Notes: generated by a model from the letters alone, not told the origin. A stretch of 64,000 nt of DNA from Candidatus Spongiisociaceae bacterium (GCA_965243165.1 OZ251535.1:2703371-2767370), one strand, 5' to 3'; positions 1 to 9,779 are shown, counted from the first letter of the stretch. Numbers and translations are program-made.

Positions 1-1
1 C

Positions 2-412
2 GTCATCCTGGCCATCGCCGCCGCCTGGTGGCCGGTGTACGCCCGGCTGGTCCGCGGCCAGGTGCTGGTCGTGAAGGAGCGGGAGTACGTGACGGCGTCG
101 CGGGCCCTCGGCGCCGGGCCGATGAGGACCCTGTTCCGGACCGTGCTGCCCAACAGCCTGGGGGTGATGAAGACCATCTTCGTCCTCGACGTCGGGTACG
201 CCATCCTGGCCGGCTCCACCCTGAGCTTCCTGGGGTTGGGGGTGTCGCTGCCCACCCCGGAGTGGGGGGTGATGATCCGCGAGGCGCTGGCGTACCCCAC
301 CTACTGGTGGCTGATCCTGAGCCCCGGCCTGGCCCTGCTGCTGTTCGTCTCCGCCATCAACTTCGCGGGCGGGATCGTTACCCGGTCCGTCCATGAAACC
401 CCCCGCCGCTGA
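2..412 (+). CDS. ABC peptide/oligopeptide transporter permease (DppC/OppC family), 5' end outside the window
   Basis: Frame is open from the window edge. EAA-like loop EREYVTASRALGAGPMRTLFRTVLPN, then LSFLGLG and PEWGVMI. Upstream of two Opp/Dpp ATPases. Confidence 0.9.
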   Translation, partial: VILAIAAAWWPVYARLVRGQVLVVKEREYVTASRALGAGPMRTLFRTVLPNSLGVMKTIFVLDVGYAILAGSTLSFLGLGVSLPTPEWGVMIREALAYPTYWWLILSPGLALLLFVSAINFAGGIVTRSVHETPRR

Positions 413-417
413 TGCTC

Positions 418-936
418 AGAGGACGAGCGGACAGGGCTGACCAGGCTGTTCGGATGCGTCGGCCTCACGGCGAACCCCCCGGCAGACAACCCGCCGGCCG
501 GCAGCGACCCCTATCCCCTCTGCCTATCAGCCCGTCTTCTCAAACCGAACCGAAACCAAGCCCGGGCAGCGCATTCGTTTTTCGCGTTCTCCGCCCCCCG
601 CCCCGGCTTCGCCGGGCCCCGCCCCCGCCGCCACCGAACCACCGTCTTCGGACCCAAAGGGCGTGTTGCGGCCCTCTGCGCCCGATCCGCCTCAGCACAG
701 CCAGGTCGGCCGCCCCGCCCTTGGAACCTCGGCTCTGGGAGGAGCGGCCTCTGTATGACCGCAGCATCCGGACCGGCTGCGGTTTCTGTACGCCCAAGGT
801 ATCGAGGGGGTGTGACAGACGCCGGCAGCCGGAAGGAAGGCCGGCGCCGCCAACCTGGCCAGAAGACGAGCAAACAGGAACCGACCAGGTTGTCCGGGTG
901 CGCCGGCCGGCGGCGAAACCCCCGGCAGGCAACCCT
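418..936 (+). repeat. Imperfect ~77-bp direct repeat pair (418-494 and 861-936) enclosing a diverged copy of the dispersed intergenic repeat
   Basis: agaggacgagcggacagggctgaccaggctgttcggatgcgtcggcc...ggcagacaaccc versus agaagacgagcaaacaggaaccgaccaggttgtccgggtgcgccggcc...ggcaggcaaccc. Internal hairpin ACCGCAGC(758-765)/GCTGCGGT(776-783). Confidence 0.6.
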
Positions 937-985
937 CCGTCTGCCGACGGCTTCCATCCTCCTCCGCCTATCCGCTCTTCTTCTC

Positions 986-2107
986 ATGGATGATTCCCGG
1001 CCGTCGGGGGCGCCCCTGTTGTCGGTGCGGGGGCTGAGCGTCGTCTTCCGCACCCGCTCCGAGGTGCGGGCGGTGAACGGCGTCTCCTACGACCTGGGGG
1101 CGGGCGAGCGCGTGGGGCTGGTGGGCGAGAGCGGATCGGGCAAGAGCGCCGGGGCGCTGGCGCTGGTGAAGCTGGTCCCCGACTACGCCGAGATAGGGGG
1201 GCGGGTGATGCTCGACGGGGTGGACCTGATCAGGCTCGGCGAGCGGGAACTCCGGGGGGTGCGGGGGCGCCGGGTGGGCATCGTCTACCAGGACCCTTTC
1301 AGCTCGCTCAACCCGGTGCTGACCGTGGGGAAGCAGCTCACCGAGGTGATACGGCGGGGCGGCGGGGCCGGCGCCCGGGAAGCGCGGGCGGAGGCGGCCC
1401 GGCTGCTCGAAGCGGCGGGCGTCCCCAAGGCGGCGGAGCGCCTCTCCGACTACCCCCACCAGTTCTCGGGGGGCATGCGGCAGCGGGCGGTGATCGCCAT
1501 GGCGGTCTCGCCCCGGCCCGGCCTGTTGATCGCCGACGAGCCCACCACCGCCCTCGACGTGACCGTCCAGGCCCAGATCCTGGAGCTGCTGCAGGGGCTG
1601 ACCGCGGAGCACGGCGCCGCCATGCTGCTCATCACCCACGACCTGGCGGTGGTGGCCGGGATCACCGAGCGGGTCATGGTCATGTACGCGGGCCGCATCG
1701 TGGAGGCCGCCTCGACCCGGGACATCTTCGAACGGCCCGCCCACCCCTACACGGCGGCCCTCCACCGGTCCCTGCCCCGCATCAACCGCCGCCAGGAGCG
1801 GCTGCTGACCATCGAAGGCCAGCCCCCCGACCCCAGCCGGCCGGCGCCCGGGTGCCCCTTCGCCCCCCGCTGCCCGGCCCGGATCGACCGCTGTGCGGCG
1901 GAGAACCCGCCCCTGATGGCGGCGTCCTCCGCCCGCCGGGGGGCGGCGGCGGGGTGGGGGCGGCGGGCGGCGGAGGAACAGGGCGGAAGCGGCCCGGTTC
2001 CCGGACCGGGCGGACCGCATCTGACGGCCTGCTGGAACCCTCCACCTCTGCCCGGCGGGGGCGCGGGGGACGGGGCCGGGGCGGCGGGGGCTGCTGCGGA
2101 TGGATGA
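986..2107 (+). CDS. ABC peptide transporter ATP-binding protein (DppD/OppD)
   Basis: Walker A GESGSGKS, signature FSGGMRQR, Walker [14 protein letters not shown]-loop ITHDL, C-terminal GCPFAPRC. Start placed at ATG 986 rather than the ORF-track start 755. Confidence 0.93.
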   Translation: MDDSRPSGAPLLSVRGLSVVFRTRSEVRAVNGVSYDLGAGERVGLVGESGSGKSAGALALVKLVPDYAEIGGRVMLDGVDLIRLGERELRGVRGRRVGIVYQDPFSSLNPVLTVGKQLTEVIRRGGGAGAREARAEAARLLEAAGVPKAAERLSDYPHQFSGGMRQRAVIAMAVSPRPGLLIADEPTTALDVTVQAQILELLQGLTAEHGAAMLLITHDLAVVAGITERVMVMYAGRIVEAASTRDIFERPAHPYTAALHRSLPRINRRQERLLTIEGQPPDPSRPAPGCPFAPRCPARIDRCAAENPPLMAASSARRGAAAGWGRRAAEEQGGSGPVPGPGGPHLTACWNPPPLPGGGAGDGAGAAGAAADG

Positions 2108-3260
2108 ACTCTCTGCCGCCGGCCGACCCCTGCTCGAGGTGGAGGGCCTGCGGGTGTGGTTCCCCGCCGGACGGGGGCGGAGGGGCAGGCGCCGCTTCAT
2201 CAAGGCGGTGGACGGGGTGTCGTTTTCCGTGCGCCGGGGGGAGACTCTGGGGCTGGTGGGCGAGTCGGGGTGCGGCAAGACCACCACCGCCCGCGCCGTC
2301 CTGTCGCTGGTGGACATCACCGAGGGGCGGGTCGTCTTCGACGGGGTGGACCTGGCGGCGGTCTCCCGGCGGGAGCTGCGCCTGATCCGGCGGCGGATGC
2401 AGCCCGTCTTCCAGGATCCGTTCGCCAGCCTCGACCCCAAACGGACGGCGGGGAAGATCATCGCCGAGCCGCTGGCCGTCCACCGCCAGGGCGGGGCGGC
2501 GGAGCGGCGGGCGCGGGCGGCGGAGCTGCTGGAGACGGTGGGCCTTCCGCCGGACGCGGCCCGGCGCTTCCCGCACGCCTTCAGCGGCGGACAGCGGCAG
2601 CGGATCGCCATCGCCCGGGCCATGGCCCTGCGGCCCGACCTGATCATCGCCGACGAGCCGGTCAGCGCCCTCGACGTGAGCATCCGCGCCCAGATCCTCA
2701 ACCTGCTGGGCGGCCTGCAGCGGGATTTCGGCCTCACCTACGTGGTGATCGCCCACGACCTGGCCCTGGTCCGGCAGGTGACCGACCGGGTGGCCGTCAT
2801 GTATCTGGGGGGGATCGCGGAGATGCGGCCTACGGAGGATCTGTACCGGCGGCCCCTCCACCCCTACACCATCGCCCTCCTGTCGTCGGCGCCCATCCCC
2901 GACGCCGAGGCCGAGGCCGCCCGCCGGCGGATCGTGCTGGAGGGCGATGTGCCCAGCCCGGCCGACCCGCCGAGCGGATGCCGCTTCCACACCCGCTGCT
3001 GGCTGAGGCGGAACCTCGGCAACCCGGAGGTGTGCGAGACCGAACAGCCCTCTCTGAAGCCGGTCGGCGGCGAATCAGGAACTGCGGGGGCGGCGGCCTG
3101 CCATTTCCTGGACGAGGCGGCGGCATCCCAAGAACTCCAAGAGACCCTGGCGGCCCTGTCCGGCGGAGAAAGCAGAGAACCAGGCGGAGAAGAAGGAACG
3201 GCCGGCGGCCGGGAAACACCGGTGGAAGAGCCGGCGGCCCCCGGCGCCCGGCCCGGCTGA
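2100..3260 (+). CDS. ABC peptide transporter ATP-binding protein (DppF/OppF)
   Basis: GESGCGKT, FSGGQRQR, IIADEPVSALD, GCRFHTRC. Overlaps the end of the previous gene. Confidence 0.93.
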   Translation: MDELSAAGRPLLEVEGLRVWFPAGRGRRGRRRFIKAVDGVSFSVRRGETLGLVGESGCGKTTTARAVLSLVDITEGRVVFDGVDLAAVSRRELRLIRRRMQPVFQDPFASLDPKRTAGKIIAEPLAVHRQGGAAERRARAAELLETVGLPPDAARRFPHAFSGGQRQRIAIARAMALRPDLIIADEPVSALDVSIRAQILNLLGGLQRDFGLTYVVIAHDLALVRQVTDRVAVMYLGGIAEMRPTEDLYRRPLHPYTIALLSSAPIPDAEAEAARRRIVLEGDVPSPADPPSGCRFHTRCWLRRNLGNPEVCETEQPSLKPVGGESGTAGAAACHFLDEAAASQELQETLAALSGGESREPGGEEGTAGGRETPVEEPAAPGARPG

Positions 3261-3424
3261 ACGCGCCCCGTCGTTTGCGGCTTCTGCGGGGCTGCCCAGG
3301 TCCGTATGAATGAAGGCTCTATATATGAGGAGCCCCATATATGAGGAGCCCCGGAGGCGCGCGCCAAGGGCCGGGCCTCCCAGGCGGTCCATATGAATGA
3401 GGGCCCTATATAGAGGAACCCCCT

Positions 3425-3520
3425 GTGGAGAGAAGCCGCCGCCCGGCCGCCTTGGTCCCGGCCGAAGCCGGACCGACCGCAGCCTTGGCCCTGCCCTCGG
3501 CGGCGCAGGACAGCCCCCGC
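3425..3520 (+). pseudogene. Truncated 5' end (signal peptide only) of an LRR-SLH gene
   Basis: GTG-ERSRRPAALVPAEAGPTAALALPSAAQDSP is nearly identical in DNA to the starts at 4124 and 5742. A gagga RBS lies upstream, and the remnant runs into the dispersed repeat. Confidence 0.7.
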
Positions 3521-3539
3521 CGACCGAGATGGGGCAGCG

Positions 3540-3908
3540 CCAATTTATCCCTGACAAGAACCCCGTGACAACCAAGGCTCGAAGTCCGATCCCAACCCAA
3601 CCCTCGAAGTCCGATCCCAACCCAACCGCCCCCAAGTCCGCGAAAATCGGGCCCGCCCGCCGGCAAACCCGGGCCCATCCCCCGCCGCCACCGCCTTGAA
3701 CGAAAATCCGCCGGGCCGCACGAGGCCGCCTCCGGCCCGAGGGGCCGGAACGAACGGGATCCGTATCTGACCGCCGCCCTCTCCGGAAGCTCGCGGCGGT
3801 GTTTGTGTTTCAGCCCACTATGTATACCAAATTCTGGGGCTTCCGGATAGGGGTATGTATGTTCGGGGAACATTTCGCGGACTCGACCGCTTCGATCTAC
3901 CGGCGCCG
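3540..3908 (+). repeat. Dispersed ~350-bp intergenic repeat, copy A
   Basis: ctgacaagaac...ccgccgggccgcacgaggccg...tgaccgccgc-loop-gcggcggtgtttgtg...gtataccaaa...gggtatgtatgttcggggaac...cgcttcgatc aligns with the copies at 13290 and 25063. Perfect 25-bp tandem duplication at 3578-3627. Confidence 0.9.
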
Positions 3909-4123
3909 GCTCCTCAGGCCGCCCTCTCCGGTTTGCCAACTCTCCGAACAATGCGGGTTGGGCGCCGGTTCGTCTTGTATCCAGCAGATGATCTGTATAC
4001 CTGGTTCACTGCAATCGGCAACACCTGCGGTCGAAGACCGCTCGGCGGCGCGGCCCGCAGGCCGGGCGGGGCCGCCCAGGCCCACCTATGATCAGGGGTC
4101 CCATATGTGAGGAGCAAGCCCCT

Positions 4124-5608
4124 GTGAAGAGAAACCGCCGCCCAGCCGCCTTGGTGCTGGCCGCCGCCGGACTGACCGCAGCCTTGGCCCTGCCCTCGGC
4201 GGCGCAGAACAGCCCCGCCCCCGCCAGCTTGGATCCGGCCGGCTGCTCCAACGGAACTTTCGTATCCAACCCCTCCGCCAACCCGGGCCTCGCCGCCGAC
4301 TGCCGGGCGCTGGTCGCCGTCCGCAACCACTGGACCGCCGCCCCGGCGGCCGGCCACCCCCTCCTGACCTGGGGGCAGGGCGGCGCGGCTGTCATCACCT
4401 CTTGGAGGGGGGTAACGATCAGCGGCCGACGCGTCATCGCCGTCGATCTGAACGAAAGCGGGTTGGACGGCGCCGTCCCGCCCGAAATAGGCCGGCTCAC
4501 CGAACTCGCAACGCTCGACCTGAGCGGCAACCAGCTGACCGGGCCGCTGCCGCCTGAAATCGGCGGGCTCGCCAACCTCGAGCTGCTCATCTTGGAAGAC
4601 AACCAACTGACCGCCCTGCCGCCCGAAATCGGCCAGCTCACCAAACTCGCCAGGATCTATCTGGAAGACAACCAACTGACCGCCCTGCCGCCCGAAATCG
4701 GCCGGCTCACCGGACTCATAAGGCTCGATGCGGACGGCAACCGACTGACCAGTATTCCGTCCGAGATAGGCGGGCTCACCAAACTCACCAGCATCGACCT
4801 AGACGGCAACCAACTGACCCAGCTTCCGCCCGAGATAGGCCGGCTCACCGAGCTCAAGAGCCTCCATCTGGACGGCAACCTGCTGACCGAACTGCCGGCC
4901 GAATCAGGCCGGCTCGTCAATCTGAAGATTCTCAGCCTGAGGCGCAACCAGCTGACCGAACTGCCGCCCCAACTCAGCCGGCTCACCAGCCTCGAATGGC
5001 TCTATCTGGACGGCAATACTCTGTCGAGCCCCATCCCGCCGGAACTGGCGGACCAGCTTTGGCCCGAGTTCTGCGACGATGACAACAGCGGCCACGAATG
5101 GACCATCGAGCAAATCGCCCGCTGGGGGATCACCCTCGGCTGCGGCAACGGCGACTTCTGCCCCGGCGACGCCATCACCCGCAGCCAGATGGCCGCCTTC
5201 CTGCACCGGGCCGTCACCCACCGCTCAGGGGAACCCGCCGGCCCGGCCTCGGGGGGCAACCTCGCCGACGTAGACCAAGACGCCTGGTACCGGCCCTACG
5301 CCCAATGGGCGGCAGCCGCCGGGGTGGTGAGAACACCGGACGGAATGTTCGACCCCGGCGGGGAGGTCACCCGGGCGGACATGGCCGAAATGCTCACCGC
5401 CGCCTTTGACCACATCACCCCGCCCGCCGAAGCACGAGGAATCTTCACCGACATGGCAGACCAACCCGACGGCGTCGTCCGGGCCGCCGAAGCCCTCCGA
5501 ACAGCCGGAATAACCGCAGGATGCTCCGACAACCCCCTCCGCTACTGCCCCGACCAACCCGTAACCAGAGCCCAGATGGCCTCCTTCTTCTACCGCGCCC
5601 TGTCATAA
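4124..5608 (+). CDS. Secreted leucine-rich-repeat protein with C-terminal S-layer homology (SLH)-like domains
   Basis: gaggag RBS before GTG 4124. Signal peptide KRNRRPAALVLAAAGLTAALALPSAAQ, Cys cap CSNG...LAADC, about 10 LRRs (LxxLxLxxNxLTxLPPEIG), three SLH-like motifs ITRSQMA, VTRADMA and VTRAQMA. Confidence 0.9.
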   Translation: MKRNRRPAALVLAAAGLTAALALPSAAQNSPAPASLDPAGCSNGTFVSNPSANPGLAADCRALVAVRNHWTAAPAAGHPLLTWGQGGAAVITSWRGVTISGRRVIAVDLNESGLDGAVPPEIGRLTELATLDLSGNQLTGPLPPEIGGLANLELLILEDNQLTALPPEIGQLTKLARIYLEDNQLTALPPEIGRLTGLIRLDADGNRLTSIPSEIGGLTKLTSIDLDGNQLTQLPPEIGRLTELKSLHLDGNLLTELPAESGRLVNLKILSLRRNQLTELPPQLSRLTSLEWLYLDGNTLSSPIPPELADQLWPEFCDDDNSGHEWTIEQIARWGITLGCGNGDFCPGDAITRSQMAAFLHRAVTHRSGEPAGPASGGNLADVDQDAWYRPYAQWAAAAGVVRTPDGMFDPGGEVTRADMAEMLTAAFDHITPPAEARGIFTDMADQPDGVVRAAEALRTAGITAGCSDNPLRYCPDQPVTRAQMASFFYRALS

Positions 5609-5741
5609 CCGGCCATCAAGCCCCCCCCCGGTGGGGCGCGGAAGACACCCGCTCGCAAACCCCGTGAAATCAGCCGGCAACGCCGAAGGCCCCCTGCGGT
5701 GTTCTGTAGACTGGCAACAGCCGCCCTGAGGAGCTGCCTCC

Positions 5742-8700
5742 TTGAACAGAACCCGCCGCCCGACCGCCTCGGTCCTCGCGGCGGCCGGACTGACCGCACT
5801 CTTGGCCCTGCCCTCGGCGGCGCAGGACAGCCCCGCCGTCCCCGACCTGGACCCGGCCGACTGCTCCAACGGAACATTCGTATCCAACCCCTCCGCCAAC
5901 CCGGGCCTCGTCGCCGACTGCCGGGCGCTGGTCGCCGTCCGCAACCACTGGACCCGCCACCCCGACAACGCCGGCCTGTCTGTCTATCATCCTTTGCTGT
6001 CCTGGGGGAAAGAAGACCCAGATGACGCAATCTACGACACAGATGACAGCATCTACGACACCGTTGACATCACCTCCTGGCACGAAGTATCCGTATCAGC
6101 AGAACCCCAACTTCGCCCTCGGGTAACTAGCCTTACCCTTGATACCGCCAATATAACCGGCACTATACCACCAGAAATCAGCCAACTAACTAACCTCAAA
6201 CGCCTCAGCCTGGGCGGCAACCAACTAACCGGACCAATACCACCAGAAATCGGCCAACTTACCAACCTCCGCGAGCTCAGCCTGGGCGGCAACCAACTCA
6301 CCGGCACTATACCACCAGAAATCGGCCAACTTACCAACCTCCGCGAGCTCAGCCTGGGCGGCAACCAACTCACCGGACCAATACCACCAGAAATCGGCCA
6401 ACTTCCAAACCTACTTGTGCTTAGGCTAAGTTATAACGAGCTGACCGGACCAATACCACCAGAACTAGGACAACACCCCAATCTTTTTAGGCTCAATCTG
6501 AGCTACAACCAACTGACTGGACTAATACCACCAGAACTAGGACAACTCCCAAACCTCAAATACCTCCACCTAGAGTCCAACCAACTCACCGGACCAATAC
6601 CACCAGAACTAAACCAACTGATCAATCTCACAGATCTCTACCTAGAGTCCAACCAACTGGCTGGACCAATACCACCAGAACTAGGACAACTCACTTACCT
6701 CGAAGGGCTTTACCTGAGTAACAACCAACTCACCGGACCAATACCACCAGAACTAGGACAACTGGACAACCTCTTAACACTAGACCTCAGTTCCAACAAG
6801 CTGACCGGACCAATACCACCAGAACTAGGACAACTCCCAAACCTCTCTAGGCTCAAACTGGAAAACAACCAACTCACCGGACCAACACCAGTACTCTCCG
6901 TCGCCGACCTGAACCCTGACAACTGCTCCAACGAAACCTTCGTATCTGACCCCTCCGCCAACCCGGGCCTCGTCGCCGACTGCCGAGCGCTGGTCGCCGT
7001 CCGCAATCACTGGACCCGCCACCCCGACAACGCCGACCTCTCTATCCACGGCTTACGGTCCTGGGGATACAGAAAAACCGTCGACATCACCTCCTGGTAC
7101 GGAGTATCCGTTTCAGCAGATCCCCATCTTCCCCCTCGGGTAGAATCTATTATTCTAGGGCGTTATATAAGCGGTACTATCCCACCCGAAATTGGCCAAC
7201 TCACCAACCTCAAAGAGCTCATCCTGAAGAACGATCTGACCGGACCAATACCATCCGAAATCGGACAACTAACCAAACTCGAAAACCTAGATCTGAGCCA
7301 CAATCAATTCACCGGACCAATACCATCCGAAATCGGACAACTAACCAAACTCAAAAATCTAGTAATGAGAAACACCCAACTCACCGGGAGAATACCATCC
7401 GAAATCAGCCAACTCACCAACCTAAAATACCTCTTCCTAGAGTCCAACCAACTCACCGGACCAATACCGCTTGAAATCAACCACCTCACCAACCTCGCAA
7501 ACCTTGACCTGAGCCACAATCAATTCACCGGACCAATACCATCCGAAATCGGCCAACTCACCAACCTCACCAACCTCGACCTGAGCCACAACCAACTGAC
7601 CGGACCAATACCGCCAGGGATCAGCCAACTCACCAACCTCACAAAACTAGATCTCAGCTCCAACCAACTGACCGGTACACCACCAGATACCTCCCAACTC
7701 ACCAACCTCGCAATACTCAACCTCAGTTCCAACCAACTGACTGAACCAATACACACCGCCAGTACTGACCTGAATCCAGACCATTGCTCCAACGGACTCT
7801 TCGTACCCGACCCCTCCGACAACCCGGGCCTCGTCGCCGACTGCCGGACGCTGGCCGCCTTCCACAATCACTGGATCCACCGCCTTCCTCCTCGGTCATC
7901 CATCTTGACCTGGGGAAGAAGCAACACCATCAAGATCGCCTCTTGGAGCGGAATAACGATCAACGAGGGGCGCGTAACCACCCTTGATCTAGCCGGCGAA
8001 AAGTTAGCAGGTCCCATCTCGCCCGAATTAAGCCAACTCACCAACCTCACCAACCTCAACCTAAGTCGCAACCAACTCACCGGACCAATACCCACCCACC
8101 TCAGCCAACTCACCAACCTCACCAACCTCAACCTAAGTCGCAACCAACTCACCGGACCAATACCCACCCACCTCAGCCAACTCACCAACCTCCGCGAGCT
8201 CAACCTAAGCGGCAACCAACTCACCGGACCAATACCCACCCACCTCAGCCAACTCACCAACCTCCGCGAGCTCAACCTAAGCGGCAACCAACTCACCGGA
8301 CCAATACCATCCGAAATCGGCCAACTCACCAACCTTCGTGAGCTGTCCCTGAGGCACAATCAACTAACCCAACTACCACCAGAAATCGGCCAACTCACCA
8401 ACCTCAGATGGCTGTCTTTATATAAAAATCAATTCACCGGACCAGTGCCATCCGAAATCGGCCAACTCACCAAACTCGAAAACCTAGATCTGAGCCACAA
8501 TCAACTAACCCAACTACCACCAGAAATCGGCCAACTCACCAACCTCCAATATCTTGACCTAGAGTCCAACCAACTCACCGGACCAATACCACCAGAGATC
8601 GGCCAACTCACCAACCTCAAAACACTTTACATACACAACAACCAACTCACCGGATCAACACCACCAGAGATCGGCCAACTCACCAACCTCAAAACACTTT

Positions 8701-9779
8701 ACATACACAACAACCAACTCACCGGACCAATACCATCCGAAATCGGCCAACTCACCAACCTCGAAGAGCTCGTCCTTAGAAACAATCAACTCACCGGACC
8801 AATACCACCAGAGATCGGCCAACTCACCAACCTCAAATACCTCCTCCTAGAGTTCAACCAACTGACCGGATCAATACCACCAGAGATCGGCCAACTCACC
8901 AACCTCAAAACACTGCACATATACAGCAACCAACTCACCGGACCGATACCCACCCACCTCGATCAACTCACCAACCTCGCCAGCCTCGACCTGAGCGGCA
9001 ATCAACTGACCGGACCGTTGCCGCCGGAAATCAGCCAACTCACCAATCTATATTTCTTGGAGCTGAGTTGCAATGCCTTGACAGGACCAATACCGTCTGA
9101 GATCCTTCGACTCACCCGCCTTGGACGGCTCTATCTGGACGGCAACCATCTGACGGGCGCCGTCCCGCCGGAGCTAGAAGATCGATTGTGGCCCGCGTTC
9201 TGTGACGATGAAGACAGCGGCCACGAAGGGAGCATCGAGAACTTAGCCCGCTGGGGAATCATCCTCGGCTGCGGAAACAGCAACTACTGCCCCGGCAACC
9301 CCATCACCCGAAGCCAGATGGCCGCCCTCCTGCACCGGGCCGTCAGCCAGAGACATTCAGGAGAACCCGCCCCGGTTCCAGGAACGAACCTGGGCGATGT
9401 GGAAGAAGATGCCTGGTACCGACGCTATGCGGAGTGGGCGGTCGGCGCCGGAGTGATGAAAGCGCCGAACGGAAGGTTCGACCCCGGCGGAGCGGTCACC
9501 CGGGCAGACATGGCCGAAATGCTCACCGCCGCCTTCGACCACATCACCCCGCCCGCCGAAGCACGAGGAATCTTCACCGACATGGCAGGCCATGCCAACC
9601 GAGTGGTCCGAGCCGCCGAAGGTCTCCAAGCCAGGAGAATCGCCAAAGGATGCTCCGAAAACCCCCTACGCTACTGCCCAGACCAGCCCGTCACCAGAGC
9701 ACAGACGGCAACCTTCTTCTACCGCACCCTGAACTATCATCCACCCGGTTGGGACTACGGATTCCTGCCCGGCGGATAA
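5742..9779 (+). CDS. Large secreted LRR protein (three capped LRR modules, about 37 repeats) with C-terminal SLH-like domains
   Basis: gaggag RBS before TTG 5742, signal peptide, three caps of the form LxPxxCSNxxFVxxPSxNPGLVADC. Mostly 24-aa plant-like LRRs (LxxLxLxxNQLTGPIPPEIGQLTN). SLH motifs ITRSQMA, VTRADMA and VTRAQTA. Confidence 0.92.
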   Translation: MNRTRRPTASVLAAAGLTALLALPSAAQDSPAVPDLDPADCSNGTFVSNPSANPGLVADCRALVAVRNHWTRHPDNAGLSVYHPLLSWGKEDPDDAIYDTDDSIYDTVDITSWHEVSVSAEPQLRPRVTSLTLDTANITGTIPPEISQLTNLKRLSLGGNQLTGPIPPEIGQLTNLRELSLGGNQLTGTIPPEIGQLTNLRELSLGGNQLTGPIPPEIGQLPNLLVLRLSYNELTGPIPPELGQHPNLFRLNLSYNQLTGLIPPELGQLPNLKYLHLESNQLTGPIPPELNQLINLTDLYLESNQLAGPIPPELGQLTYLEGLYLSNNQLTGPIPPELGQLDNLLTLDLSSNKLTGPIPPELGQLPNLSRLKLENNQLTGPTPVLSVADLNPDNCSNETFVSDPSANPGLVADCRALVAVRNHWTRHPDNADLSIHGLRSWGYRKTVDITSWYGVSVSADPHLPPRVESIILGRYISGTIPPEIGQLTNLKELILKNDLTGPIPSEIGQLTKLENLDLSHNQFTGPIPSEIGQLTKLKNLVMRNTQLTGRIPSEISQLTNLKYLFLESNQLTGPIPLEINHLTNLANLDLSHNQFTGPIPSEIGQLTNLTNLDLSHNQLTGPIPPGISQLTNLTKLDLSSNQLTGTPPDTSQLTNLAILNLSSNQLTEPIHTASTDLNPDHCSNGLFVPDPSDNPGLVADCRTLAAFHNHWIHRLPPRSSILTWGRSNTIKIASWSGITINEGRVTTLDLAGEKLAGPISPELSQLTNLTNLNLSRNQLTGPIPTHLSQLTNLTNLNLSRNQLTGPIPTHLSQLTNLRELNLSGNQLTGPIPTHLSQLTNLRELNLSGNQLTGPIPSEIGQLTNLRELSLRHNQLTQLPPEIGQLTNLRWLSLYKNQFTGPVPSEIGQLTKLENLDLSHNQLTQLPPEIGQLTNLQYLDLESNQLTGPIPPEIGQLTNLKTLYIHNNQLTGSTPPEIGQLTNLKTLYIHNNQLTGPIPSEIGQLTNLEELVLRNNQLTGPIPPEIGQLTNLKYLLLEFNQLTGSIPPEIGQLTNLKTLHIYSNQLTGPIPTHLDQLTNLASLDLSGNQLTGPLPPEISQLTNLYFLELSCNALTGPIPSEILRLTRLGRLYLDGNHLTGAVPPELEDRLWPAFCDDEDSGHEGSIENLARWGIILGCGNSNYCPGNPITRSQMAALLHRAVSQRHSGEPAPVPGTNLGDVEEDAWYRRYAEWAVGAGVMKAPNGRFDPGGAVTRADMAEMLTAAFDHITPPAEARGIFTDMAGHANRVVRAAEGLQARRIAKGCSENPLRYCPDQPVTRAQTATFFYRTLNYHPPGWDYGFLPGG

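Noticed and set aside
5742-9779. Diversity-generating retroelement acting on the LRR gene
   Set aside because: No reverse transcriptase or TR/VR pair in the window, and the variation is not restricted to adenines.
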